Assembly (NCBI GenBank): GCA_963795085.1
Contig: CAWCFX010000001.1
Span: 1,326,352-1,390,351, forward strand
Source: an uncultured Gemmatimonadales bacterium
GTDB lineage: Bacteria > Gemmatimonadota > Gemmatimonadetes > Gemmatimonadales > GWC2-71-9
Direction of reading: 5' to 3'
DNA: 64,000 bases
The notes beneath the pieces were generated by a model, which was not told the DNA's origin, did not search any database, and worked only from the letters and a program-made list of their open reading frames with translations. The position numbers were made by a program, and so were the translations under genes. Positions 29,174 to 38,534 of this stretch are shown one piece after another (within the stretch, counting starts at the first letter, position 1; each line of letters begins with the position of its first letter).

Positions 29174-31873
29174 TTACAGGCCCGGCGGCGTGGGGTCTCC
29201 CACCAGGACGAACGGAGCCCAGGCGGCCGGATGACCATCCAACCCCGCCGTCCGGATCCACTGCCGCCGGACCTCTCGCAGGGCCTCGGCCGGATCCTGC
29301 CCCGCGTGCAGGCGGCGGTACAGCTCGGTCATGAAGCGAAGGGTGGAACGATCCGTCACCGGCCAGAGCGACACCAGCACGCTCCGGGCGCCGGCCGAGA
29401 GAAAGGCGTGGGACAGGCCGACGACCCCCTCCCCGCGGACCCGCCGTCCCAGCGCGGTCTCGCAGGCGGACAGGGTGACCAGCTCGGCGGTCAGCTGGAG
29501 TCGCCGGATCGCCGGGGGGTCCAGGAGACCGTTGGCCATGACCAGGTGGGACTGGTCCGGCTCCCGGTCGTTGACGCTGGCATGGGTCGCGAAATGGAGA
29601 TAGCGGTAGCGCTCCGGGCGCAGGCCGAGCCAGCGGTCAACGGTCCCCGACCGACCGGTCAGGAGGTCGGCGCCCGCGGCACGGTAGAGCCCGGCGAGGG
29701 CTCCGGCTTCTTCCTCGGCGTACGGCAGGCTGGGACGCCGCGCCGCGGTGCCCCGCACGGCCATGGATGCCGGGGAGGCGGAGTTGCCCTGGGGATTACC
29801 GACCGCCAGGATAGCCCGCTCCCACGCGGGCCGGGCATTTGACTCGGACAACTCGGCCAGCACAGTGGCCGAGGGACCGTAGACGATCCGGTGGGTGGCG
29901 CCGAGCGGTTCGGCGGTGACGTCGGGGAGCAGCACCTCGAGGGGAAGCTGCGCGAGGGGGCCGTCCACGATGGCAAGAAGCGTGGGGTTTTCCCCGGCCC
30001 GGAGCGGAAGCAGGATGTCGCGGTAGAGCCGCGCCGCTGCCGGCCGCCAGTCCGCCGAGCCGGGCCGCTCGATGGCCCGGCGAAGAAACTCCACCATCGC
30101 CTGCAATGAATCCGACGAGCCCAGGCGACGGCCGCGGATCGTCGTCCCCGTCACCGACCAGCCGAACACCGAGCTGTCGCCCCAGAAGATGGTGAGGAGC
30201 GTGGTTCCCGAATCTCCGAGCAGCCGTTGCTGGATATCGGCCAGCGAGGCCGGCGCGGGATGGATGGCAGTTCCCGGCTGTCCCGTCCTCGTGCCGCGCC
30301 GCTCCAGGGTCGCCAGGGAATCCTGGAGGACCCGGAGCTCCTCTCCGACCACGCGGACCTGGGCCGAGTCGCCGCCGGCGGTGGATTCTTCGAATCGCTC
30401 GCGCAGCCTCTGCTTGAGCAATGCTTCGGGCGAGACCCGCCGGTCGGCGTTCCGCTCGGCCATGACTTCCAGCAGCATCCGGGCGCGGGCCCGTTCCGAC
30501 ACGGCGAACGCATCGGCCAGCCGGTCTTCGGCGAGCAGCGTGCGGATCGCGCCTTCGTAGATCGCCCAGCGTGGCTCCGCGATGCCGAGCTTCAGGTCTC
30601 CCATGGCCAGCCGGCCGCGCCAGGATTCGAGCAGGTCCACGCCCTGCAGGAAGAACCGGGACGCGCCGGGGCGCCCCTCCAACTCGGTGACGCTGCCCCG
30701 GAGGGCGAGGACGGTGAGGTCCGCCTCGGGGGATCCCAGGGAGTCGGCGACGACCGCGGCCACGCCGAGCAGCCGGCGCGCCTGCCGGGGATCGCCACGG
30801 CCGAGGGCGAGCCGAGTCTGCCCGGCCAGGATCCGGAACCGCTCGTAGGCGAAACCGCCCGCGAGCGCCAGCGGCAGTGCCCGGGCCAGGACCGCGTCGG
30901 CCGAGTCGGGCTGACGTTCCGCCGCGGCGATCTCTCCCAGATTGGCGAGGGCAATCACCTGGTAGATGGCTGGATATCCGGTGGGGAGGGCCAGCGAACG
31001 CTCGAGGTGATTCCGCGCGGCCGGGACATTGTTGACCTTGAGGTAGTAGTCGGCCAGGGCGTTGTGGGCATAGACCATCGAGCCGGTATCGCCGAGGGCC
31101 ACCGCCGAGGCGAGCGATTGGGTCATCAGGTCGATGGCCTGGTCATAGCGGCCGGTATAGGCCCGCAGACCGGCGAGGTTGCTGATCAGGTAGCCGCCGG
31201 TGGAGGTGTCGGCGATCCGGCGGGTGATCGCGAGGCCTTCCTCGTAGGCGGCCGCCGCCTCGGGCAGGCGCCCCACCGCGGCATACTCTACGCCCATGCT
31301 GTTGAGTACGCCGGCCAGCTGGTTGGGCGTGCGGCCATGGCGCCGCTCCAGGGCCAGCGCCCGCTCCGTCTCCGCGACCGAGCGGCGGAACAGTCCCCGT
31401 CGCGAGTAGATGGTGCCGAGCTGGGTATGGACCCGGGCTTCCAGCTCGCCGATCGCGAGGCGCTCGGCCAGGTCCTGGGCCCGGGCGCAGTCCGCGATCG
31501 CCTGCTCGGAGCGGCCCAGCCGGGATCCGAGCGCGCAGCGCTGCAGGAAGGTCCAGCCATGGCGGGAGGAATCGGCGCCGGCGAGGAGAAACGCGTCCCG
31601 GATGGCGGCGTCGGCACTGTCGGCCCGGCCCTGCCGCATCAGCGTCTCCGACCACCCGATCTGGGCCCGCCACCACCCGGCGGTGTCACCGGCGACGGCG
31701 AACGAATCGCGGAGCCGGCGATACTCCGGGTGGGCCCGGGCAAAACGGCGCTCGGCCCGGAGGCTGTCGGCGACCGCGAATGGCGAGATGGAGGACGGCG
31801 GCGGGTCGCCCCCGCACGCCGGGGCGAGCAGGAGTGCGATGGTCCACCACCAGGAAGCCTGGCGCGGGCCCAT
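29174..31873 (-). CDS. TPR-CHAT (caspase-like) protease with N-terminal export signal
   Basis: TPR repeats; catalytic 'HFATHA' and 'LSACET'; 'SLWPV', 'WAPF'. Confidence 0.92.
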   Translation of the reverse strand: MGPRQASWWWTIALLLAPACGGDPPPSSISPFAVADSLRAERRFARAHPEYRRLRDSFAVAGDTAGWWRAQIGWSETLMRQGRADSADAAIRDAFLLAGADSSRHGWTFLQRCALGSRLGRSEQAIADCARAQDLAERLAIGELEARVHTQLGTIYSRRGLFRRSVAETERALALERRHGRTPNQLAGVLNSMGVEYAAVGRLPEAAAAYEEGLAITRRIADTSTGGYLISNLAGLRAYTGRYDQAIDLMTQSLASAVALGDTGSMVYAHNALADYYLKVNNVPAARNHLERSLALPTGYPAIYQVIALANLGEIAAAERQPDSADAVLARALPLALAGGFAYERFRILAGQTRLALGRGDPRQARRLLGVAAVVADSLGSPEADLTVLALRGSVTELEGRPGASRFFLQGVDLLESWRGRLAMGDLKLGIAEPRWAIYEGAIRTLLAEDRLADAFAVSERARARMLLEVMAERNADRRVSPEALLKQRLRERFEESTAGGDSAQVRVVGEELRVLQDSLATLERRGTRTGQPGTAIHPAPASLADIQQRLLGDSGTTLLTIFWGDSSVFGWSVTGTTIRGRRLGSSDSLQAMVEFLRRAIERPGSADWRPAAARLYRDILLPLRAGENPTLLAIVDGPLAQLPLEVLLPDVTAEPLGATHRIVYGPSATVLAELSESNARPAWERAILAVGNPQGNSASPASMAVRGTAARRPSLPYAEEEAGALAGLYRAAGADLLTGRSGTVDRWLGLRPERYRYLHFATHASVNDREPDQSHLVMANGLLDPPAIRRLQLTAELVTLSACETALGRRVRGEGVVGLSHAFLSAGARSVLVSLWPVTDRSTLRFMTELYRRLHAGQDPAEALREVRRQWIRTAGLDGHPAAWAPFVLVGDPTPPGL

Positions 31874-32499
31874 TACTCAGGCGGGAGCGGAAGGAGGGGT
31901 GAGCGGGCCAGGGGCCGCCGCAACTGGTCGAACGCCTCCAGCTCGAAGTAGGTCGTATCCACCCCGCCGGCCGGGCCCAGGGAGTCCCGGGGGATGACGA
32001 CAACGGTATCGGTGAGCTCCCGGCTGAACCGGGGGGTGCCGTCGCCGGCGGAAATACGGACTCGATAGGCGGTGGCGCCCGCGACGGCCGGCCAGCTGAG
32101 CCGCCAGGCTCCGTTGACGGAGGCGGCTCGGGCGGTGAGACTGTCGGTGCCGCCCCGCACCTCGTCGGGGAGATCCCGGCGCGGGGCCAGGACCTGCCAG
32201 GTGATCACGGTGGCCAGGAGCAACCCCGCCGCCACCGCGAGCGGCATCCAGCCGCGCCGCCGGGCGGAGGCGGGGGTGACCCGGTCGCCGGGGCGCGCCG
32301 CCCGGACCTGGGCGCCTCCCTTGACCAGGGCCCAGCAATGCTCGCATCCGAAGTAGTGCGCTTCAAAGGCGGACGCGACCGGCTCGGGGAGTTGCCCCAG
32401 CAGGTAGCGGCGGTCCAGGTCCTCCTGGTCCACCCGCTCGCAGGTGATCGGTTGGTCGTTCACAGGATCAGAGTCCCCGAAGGTGTCCTGGCGTTTCAT
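31873..32499 (-). CDS. zf-HC2 anti-sigma factor with TM helix and extracytoplasmic domain
   Basis: 'FEAHYFGCEHC' (HxxxCxxC), TM segment, beta-rich C-terminus. Confidence 0.85.
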   Translation of the reverse strand: MKRQDTFGDSDPVNDQPITCERVDQEDLDRRYLLGQLPEPVASAFEAHYFGCEHCWALVKGGAQVRAARPGDRVTPASARRRGWMPLAVAAGLLLATVITWQVLAPRRDLPDEVRGGTDSLTARAASVNGAWRLSWPAVAGATAYRVRISAGDGTPRFSRELTDTVVVIPRDSLGPAGGVDTTYFELEAFDQLRRPLARSPLLPLPPE

Positions 32500-33026
32500 G
32501 CTTGCCGCTCCTCCAGCAGCGCCGCCAGCCGGGCCAGGGCCCGGTGTTTCCTGACCCGGAGCGCGCCCGGCGTGATGTCCAGGCGGCGCGCGGTTTCGCT
32601 GCTGTCCTCCTCCTCGAAGTAAATCCGGTGGAGCAGGTCCCGGTCGTCCGACGCCAGCGCGGCCAGGCCCCGGCGAACGACCCCCCGGGTTTCCTCGTTG
32701 ACCAGGGCATCGAGGGCTTCCGGAGCCGCTTCTCCGGTAGTCGCACCGCGGACCCGGGCGAGCGCGCGTCCTTCCCGCTCCCGGGAGCGGTAGTGATGCA
32801 TGCAGAGATGGGTGGCAGTCTGGAAGACGAAACCGGGGAGCGCATCGGGGTTCTCCACCCGGCCCTGGCGCAGCGCCTCGGTCACCCGCCGGAGGACTTC
32901 CTGCGCCAGGTCCTCGGCCAGCGCCGCATCGCCCAGCCGGCGCGCGCCGAAGACCCGCAGCCGCTCCCAGAATCGGGCCGCGAGGTCCTGTTCCAGCGCA
33001 CTCTGGGCGGGCGGGTTAGGCGTCAT
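32496..33026 (-). CDS. ECF RNA polymerase sigma-70 factor
   Basis: 'AEDLAQEV' region 2; 'ETARRLDITPGALRVRKHRA' region 4. Confidence 0.92.
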   Translation of the reverse strand: MTPNPPAQSALEQDLAARFWERLRVFGARRLGDAALAEDLAQEVLRRVTEALRQGRVENPDALPGFVFQTATHLCMHHYRSREREGRALARVRGATTGEAAPEALDALVNEETRGVVRRGLAALASDDRDLLHRIYFEEEDSSETARRLDITPGALRVRKHRALARLAALLEERQA

Positions 33027-33210
33027 GGTCTGGCGGTGGGGATGGAACAATCTCGGGGTTGCCCGGCGGGGCCGCAAGGTGAACGCGCGACGCTCCGGCC
33101 CGTTCAGCGCGCCTGGCACTTCACCCGGTCATGCCAGGTCGTATCCCCCGGCGAGCATTCCCAGGCAGAGGGCCAGCGGGAGCCAGGTGTCCTCGAAGCA
33201 GGGCCAGGTT

Positions 33211-33735
33211 TCAGCGATCCTGCGCTTCGGCGGCCGGGCCAGGTGCAGTCACCGGGGGACCCAGCCGGCGCATGACATACACGGTCTCCGCTCCACCAGG
33301 CGCCGATGGATGAAGCGTGGCGGTCCATTGGTCCGGCGTATTCCGGGTGTAGGTAAAACCGCCGCTTGTCGCACCCGGACGCCGAAACTGGATGCGATCC
33401 GGCTGGACCATCACCGCCTGGTATTGAGTCTGGCCGTCCCTCGAGCTCACCACCACGCCCTGACGGAGCTCGAACCGGGACGAATCGGTCGCGGCCTGGA
33501 GGGTCGAGTCGCTGAAGGAGCGCATGTGGATCGTGGAGTCGTCGATACTGCGATACTCTTCATAGAACGCGGCGTACGCGCCTCCGCTTCCGCGCCAGGC
33601 TCCCTCCAGCCACTTGAGTTGCTGAAACTGGCTGACGGTCACCCCGGCGTCCTGGCTGGCGCACCCCGGCGCCAGCGCGGCGGTGGCGGCCAGGAGTAAG
33701 AGCATCGTGGCAACGGGTGTGGAGCACCGCGGCAT
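33211..33735 (-). CDS. DUF6265-like secreted protein
   Basis: AGGAGG RBS; 'LKWLEGAWRG', 'FYEEY'. Confidence 0.7.
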   Translation of the reverse strand: MPRCSTPVATMLLLLAATAALAPGCASQDAGVTVSQFQQLKWLEGAWRGSGGAYAAFYEEYRSIDDSTIHMRSFSDSTLQAATDSSRFELRQGVVVSSRDGQTQYQAVMVQPDRIQFRRPGATSGGFTYTRNTPDQWTATLHPSAPGGAETVYVMRRLGPPVTAPGPAAEAQDR

Positions 33736-33943
33736 ATCTCCTCCTTTGTGGGATATCGGCAACCGGGCCCAGGCGTGTTCGGCACCTGGTTCAATATCGC
33801 GAACTCGGGTCCGTCGTGGCGGGCGACGCGATGCCGTCAGGGCCGGCGGCGCCGGGTGTGCGACGCCCCCACCGATGAGAATACCAGCCGGCGAAGGGTC
33901 GGAAGGTCCACGTCCGCCAGCGCCGGGCAGCCACACATTGTTG

Positions 33944-34171
33944 TCAGGGGGCACTGGTGCCCGGGCCGCCAGCGCGCCCGCGCGCCGCACCGATGACGAA
34001 GCCCAGCAGGGCAGCCAGCGGCCCCAGAACGAAGGCACCGGTCATGGACGCTTCCATCGAGCGATCATGCTGGTTGGCGGACACGAGATACACGAAGAAC
34101 CCACCGCCCACCGCTCCAACCAGATATCCGGGCACCGCCCACAACAGGCCAACCAGCAAGCGACGCATCAT
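33944..34171 (-). CDS. Small membrane protein; former integron cassette gene
   Basis: Two TM segments around 'SANQHDRSMEASMTGAF'; bounded by GTCAGGGGG / CCCCCTGAC complementary ends. Confidence 0.75.
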   Translation of the reverse strand: MMRRLLVGLLWAVPGYLVGAVGGGFFVYLVSANQHDRSMEASMTGAFVLGPLAALLGFVIGAARGRAGGPGTSAP

Positions 34172-34184
34172 TCGATCATTCCCC

Positions 34185-34269
34185 CCCTGACGGTTTATGC
34201 GTGAACGGCGTTGGCACTCCGCATGGGGCGGAGAGCCGGCGCGAAGGGGTATCCAGGCGGCTGCTAGAA
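34185..34269 (-). repeat. Decayed attC of the main array family
   Basis: CCTGACGGTTTATGCGTGAACGGCGTTGGCACTCCGCAT...GCCGGCGCGAA...TCCAGGCGGCTGCTAG aligns along its length with the family consensus. Confidence 0.7.
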
Positions 34270-34416
34270 CCGCAGCCGTGGAGATCGGAGTGGCCTGGCG
34301 GGCGCCTTCGACGCCTACTTCGAGCGTGCGACTCCCGCACCCAGGGTGCCCTGAGAGACGGGCGGTCGGCCAGGCACGGCAGGCACCGCTGCGCGAGGGT
34401 CGGGCAAACCCTCCGG

Positions 34417-36642
34417 TTACACCTGCAGGCCCACCCGGGCCAGCAGCTCCCCGTACCGCGGCGCGCCAAACTCCAGGCTCCAGAGGTTTTCCGCCCGAAG
34501 CCCGAGGGCATATGGGTCCCGGACGTCCAGGCCCCGGTGCATCCACCGGTAGAACGCGTCGCGATCGCCGAGGTGGAGGTGGAGCGTGGCGATCGCCGGG
34601 GCGCAGACGGTGGGGTCGCTCTCCGCCCGGTGTTCCAGTTCCTCCAGCACGACCCGGGCTTCCGCTTCCCGGCCCAGGCCCGCCAGGGCGCAACCGCACT
34701 TGGCGGTGGGCCAGCTGGCCCGGTGGCTGAGCGCCATGGCGCGCTCCAGCCGCTCGAGAGCCGGGGCATACTGGTGATTCGACAGGTGGATATACCCGGC
34801 GATGTGATAGCCCTCGGGGAACTGGGGATCCAGCTCGATCGGCCGCTCGGCGAGCGGGAGGGCAGCATCATACTCCCCGCGATAGGTCAGGAGGGTGGCT
34901 TCGGTCAGGAAACCCATGAACCCCAGTGGGTCGAGCCGGCGGCCTTCTTTTGCGGCCAGGGTTCCGGCCGCCGCGTCTCCCGCGAAGGCCAGGTAGAAGG
35001 CGTACATGAAATGATCGAAGTTCGCCCCGGGCTCCAGCTCGGCCGCCCGGGCCCAGAGGCGACGCGCTTCCGGCCAGTTCCAGTCGCGGTAGGTGGCCAC
35101 CGCCGCGAGCAGTGCGTGGGCCGGCCCCGAGCGCGGGTTCGCGGCCAGGGCCCGGTCGGCGAGCGACTGGATGCGGGCCCAGGCGGAGGTCGGCTCGAGG
35201 TAGCCGAAGAAGGCCGAGATCACCAGCGGTGACCCCAGCGTGGTGTAGGCCGGCGCGAAGGCGGGGTCGCGCTCCATGACCTGTTCCAGCAGCGGCGCCG
35301 CATCGGGGAGCCGCATCAGCGACTGGCCCAGCATGTGCCGGGCGCGGAGGTACAGCTCGTAGGTCTCGCTGTCCGTCTGCGGCGCGGCCCGGTCGGCCGC
35401 TTCCTCGTCGGTGAGGCGGGCCCGCAGCTCGCCCACGATGCTGCCGGAAATCCGCTCCTGCATCTCGAATACGTCCTCGATGGTCCCCCCATACTTCTCC
35501 GCCCACAGGTGGGAGTCGGTGGTGCCGTCGATGAGCTGGGCGGTGATCCGGAGCTGGGACCCGGCGCGGCGCACACTGCCTTCCAGCAGGTAGCGCACGT
35601 CGAGCATCCGGGCGACCTCCTTGAGGTCACGGGTACGCTGGTAGGCGGCGGCCGCCGAGTTCCGGGCGATGACCCGGAGGGCATTGATGCGCGACAGGTC
35701 CGCCGTGAGCTCCTCGGTCAGCCCGTCGCCGAGGTACGCGTCGTTGGGATCCGGCGAGAGGTTGTCGAAGGGAAGCACGGCGATCGAGCGTCCGCCCGCG
35801 GCATCCCGCCGCGCCGCTTCCGGGGTCCCGGCCGCGAGCAGCGCGTCGGCAAAGGCGCGGGCCGAGGGGAACCGGGCGGCGGGATCGCGGTCGAGGGCGC
35901 GGGCGATGGCCTCGTCGCACGGCTGGGGCACCTCGGCGCGGAGGGTGCGGGCCCGCGGGGCTTCGGTGGTGAACCGCTTGACCAGGATCGCCTGGTAGCT
36001 GTTCCCGGTGAAGGCCGGTTCTCCGGTGAGCAGCTCGTAGAGAATGCAGCCCAGCGCATAGACATCGGATGCCGGCCCCACGTCCGTCTCGCCGGAGGCC
36101 AGTTCGGGGCTCATGTAGGCCGGGGTCCCCAGGGACGTGCCGGCCTGGGTCAGGGCGGGCTGATCGCCGGCGCGGCGTACCTGGGCGATGCCGAAATCGG
36201 TGAGCAGGGCGTGGCCCCGGTTGATCAGGATGTTCTCCGGTTTGAGATCGCGATGGATCACGCCCTCGCCATGGGCGTACTCCAGGGCGTCCGCGATCTC
36301 CCGGATCATGCGAATCGCGGTGGCGACGTCGAGGGTCTTCTCCCTATCCAGCAGCGCGCGCAGGGACTCGCCTTCGATCAGCGGCATGACGAAGAAGAGC
36401 TGGCCGTCCAGGTCGCCGGAATCGAAGACCGGGACGATGTGGGGGTGCTGCAGCCGCGCGGCCGTTTCGATCTCCCGGAGGAACCGGTCGGCGCCGATGG
36501 TCGCGGCGATCGCGGGCAGCATGACCTTGAGCGCCACGTCGCGGCCATGCCGGGTGTCGCGCGCGCGGTGAACCACGGCCATGCCGCCCCGTCCCAGTTC
36601 GGTGGTGACCGTGTACCGCTGGGCGATCATCCCTGTCGTCAT
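34417..36642 (-). CDS. Ser/Thr protein kinase with TolB-like and TPR domains
   Basis: 'LGRGGMA', 'VALK', 'HRDLKPEN', 'DFG', 'SIAVLPFDNLS', TPRs. Confidence 0.95.
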   Translation of the reverse strand: MTTGMIAQRYTVTTELGRGGMAVVHRARDTRHGRDVALKVMLPAIAATIGADRFLREIETAARLQHPHIVPVFDSGDLDGQLFFVMPLIEGESLRALLDREKTLDVATAIRMIREIADALEYAHGEGVIHRDLKPENILINRGHALLTDFGIAQVRRAGDQPALTQAGTSLGTPAYMSPELASGETDVGPASDVYALGCILYELLTGEPAFTGNSYQAILVKRFTTEAPRARTLRAEVPQPCDEAIARALDRDPAARFPSARAFADALLAAGTPEAARRDAAGGRSIAVLPFDNLSPDPNDAYLGDGLTEELTADLSRINALRVIARNSAAAAYQRTRDLKEVARMLDVRYLLEGSVRRAGSQLRITAQLIDGTTDSHLWAEKYGGTIEDVFEMQERISGSIVGELRARLTDEEAADRAAPQTDSETYELYLRARHMLGQSLMRLPDAAPLLEQVMERDPAFAPAYTTLGSPLVISAFFGYLEPTSAWARIQSLADRALAANPRSGPAHALLAAVATYRDWNWPEARRLWARAAELEPGANFDHFMYAFYLAFAGDAAAGTLAAKEGRRLDPLGFMGFLTEATLLTYRGEYDAALPLAERPIELDPQFPEGYHIAGYIHLSNHQYAPALERLERAMALSHRASWPTAKCGCALAGLGREAEARVVLEELEHRAESDPTVCAPAIATLHLHLGDRDAFYRWMHRGLDVRDPYALGLRAENLWSLEFGAPRYGELLARVGLQV

Positions 36643-36771
36643 GGCTCACCTGTCGGGCGGTCGTGGGAAGGGGTCGGCGCCCCGGGACGGTCGAAGTTCG
36701 GCCGGTGTTCAGGCCGAGGGGGCAGGGCGTACCGCGGGGCAAGCGACGGCCGCCCCGTGGCCCGGGCGGGA

Positions 36772-37782
36772 TCAGCGGCCGTGATGGCGGGCGATCTCCT
36801 CGGCGGACAGGCGGAGGAAACGGGCCGCGTTGTGGTACAGGATATCCCGTTTCTGTGCGGTGGTCAGGAATGGCGCCTCCTCGATCACCGCGATCGCACG
36901 CTCGATGACGCCGGGCCACACCATCTGGTCTGATCCGAACATGATGCGCTTGCCAAAACCCGCGTCAACGATTCCCTGGAGGTAACGGTAGAATGCCGCG
37001 CGCGGCTGGGTATAGACAATGACGCCCACGTCCAGGTACACCTGGGGGTGCGAGTACAGCAGTGCCAGGAGATCATCCAGCAGAGGATACCCCGCATGCA
37101 TGGCATAGAGCCGCAGTCGCGGGTGCCGGACCAGCACCTCCTCCAGGGTCAGGGCGCTGTGAAGGCGGGCGCGATACTGGCCGGCACCGAGGTAGGCTAC
37201 CCCCGGTGGCCCGGGGCCGAGGTGGATACCCACCGGGAGGTCGAGTTCTTCGGCCAGCGACCAGTACGGCTCCATTCGCACGTCGTCCGGGAGTATCCCG
37301 GCATACTGGTTGGTGATCTCCCCGAGCACGTCCAGGTGGCCACCCGCGTGCAGCGCTCGCAATGAGTCTGGTGGCGGTTGCCGGGGGCCGATCTGGAACA
37401 TCAGGGCAGGGATCAGCCGCCTGGGGGCGATCCGCCGCCACTCGGCGACCCGGTCAAACGGGCCGCTCAGGACCCCGTAAATATTTCGCCGCTCCATGAC
37501 CGCAAGAGTTTCGCGCATCAGGGCTTCGTCGGTGAGCGGGGACCATACCGGGTTGGGGCAGGGAGGGTGCTTGAGCATGGCCATGAAATCGGCGCCATAG
37601 GTCCCCGCCTGATCCCAGGCCGGGAAGGGATTGATTGGCGTGCACATGCCAACCGGCGGCGATCCCTGGTGGTCCGCGCCCAACGCATGGAGATGCATGT
37701 CAATGATGGGCAGGACCGGCTCCTGGGCCCGGGCCACCTCCGCTATCAGGGCCAGGGCGAGCGCCAAACGTGTGATCCTCAT
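36772..37782 (-). CDS. Amidohydrolase_2 family protein
   Basis: 'IIDMHLH', 'MHAGYP', 'MFGSD'. Confidence 0.9.
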   Translation of the reverse strand: MRITRLALALALIAEVARAQEPVLPIIDMHLHALGADHQGSPPVGMCTPINPFPAWDQAGTYGADFMAMLKHPPCPNPVWSPLTDEALMRETLAVMERRNIYGVLSGPFDRVAEWRRIAPRRLIPALMFQIGPRQPPPDSLRALHAGGHLDVLGEITNQYAGILPDDVRMEPYWSLAEELDLPVGIHLGPGPPGVAYLGAGQYRARLHSALTLEEVLVRHPRLRLYAMHAGYPLLDDLLALLYSHPQVYLDVGVIVYTQPRAAFYRYLQGIVDAGFGKRIMFGSDQMVWPGVIERAIAVIEEAPFLTTAQKRDILYHNAARFLRLSAEEIARHHGR

Positions 37783-38234
37783 CGTTTCCGCGAAAGAAGG
37801 ACTAGGAAGTTGGCCCGGTCAGCCGGATCGCGCCAGAGGTGCGCCCCCTTCGCCGCCGCGTGAACGAGGCGGTCCAGCGGAACGGAACCCGGGCCAGGGC
37901 GAGAAGGCCGGTTCGATCATGGGGAAAATGACCTCGCCGAGCCGAGGACCAGCGGGCTGCCGTAGACTCCGGGCAATTTCTAGCGGCCCCGGTCCGGCAA
38001 AAGCGGTCCGAACGTCTGACCTCGGGAGAGCAGGACAGGCGCGGGTGGTGGCTGGCCAGGGCGGGGACCGCGATGCGAGGACTGGCATTTCTGTGAGATA
38101 TCGAACCGGGACCTCCCGATCCGCGCAAGAGCGGTGTTCGCCGCCGGCGGGGAACCGTGCCACGGCGTCGCGTGGCAGGCAATGAAGGAGGCGGTTGGAA
38201 TGGGGCGACCCGCCCGAGCAATCGGAGGCGGATC

Positions 38235-38465
38235 TCACCCGCCGGCGCGGTAGGCCCGGAGCCAGTAGGAGAACGAGGTCCCCGCGCAGAAGACGAACAC
38301 CAGCAGTACGGTCAGCCGGCCGATATTGGCGATGAGCCAGAAGAACCCCGTGAGGTCCAGATCGGTCCCGCCTGTCCATTCCATCCTGAGAAACCCAAAA
38401 CCCGCCAGGGCGGCGAGTGCGCCGAAGAAGACCGACAGGGCCTTGTGAGCTTGGGCGGGTCTCAT
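38235..38465 (-). CDS. Small membrane protein
   Basis: 76-aa ORF, two TM segments. Confidence 0.55.
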   Translation of the reverse strand: MRPAQAHKALSVFFGALAALAGFGFLRMEWTGGTDLDLTGFFWLIANIGRLTVLLVFVFCAGTSFSYWLRAYRAGG

Positions 38466-38534
38466 GCGGGCACCAGGGTGCAGACGATCGGCCTGCCGGG
38501 ATCGACGGGCGTACGGTTATCCAGGTGGCAGGCG

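Noticed and set aside
13649..34421. Shared TGTAAC-N16-CCCTCG motif near 13670 and 34417
   Set aside because: Only two instances, both overlapping stop codons; not distinguishable from chance
37783..38234. Possible attC or RNA element in a long intergenic region
   Set aside because: No matching inverted arms and no similarity to the family consensus
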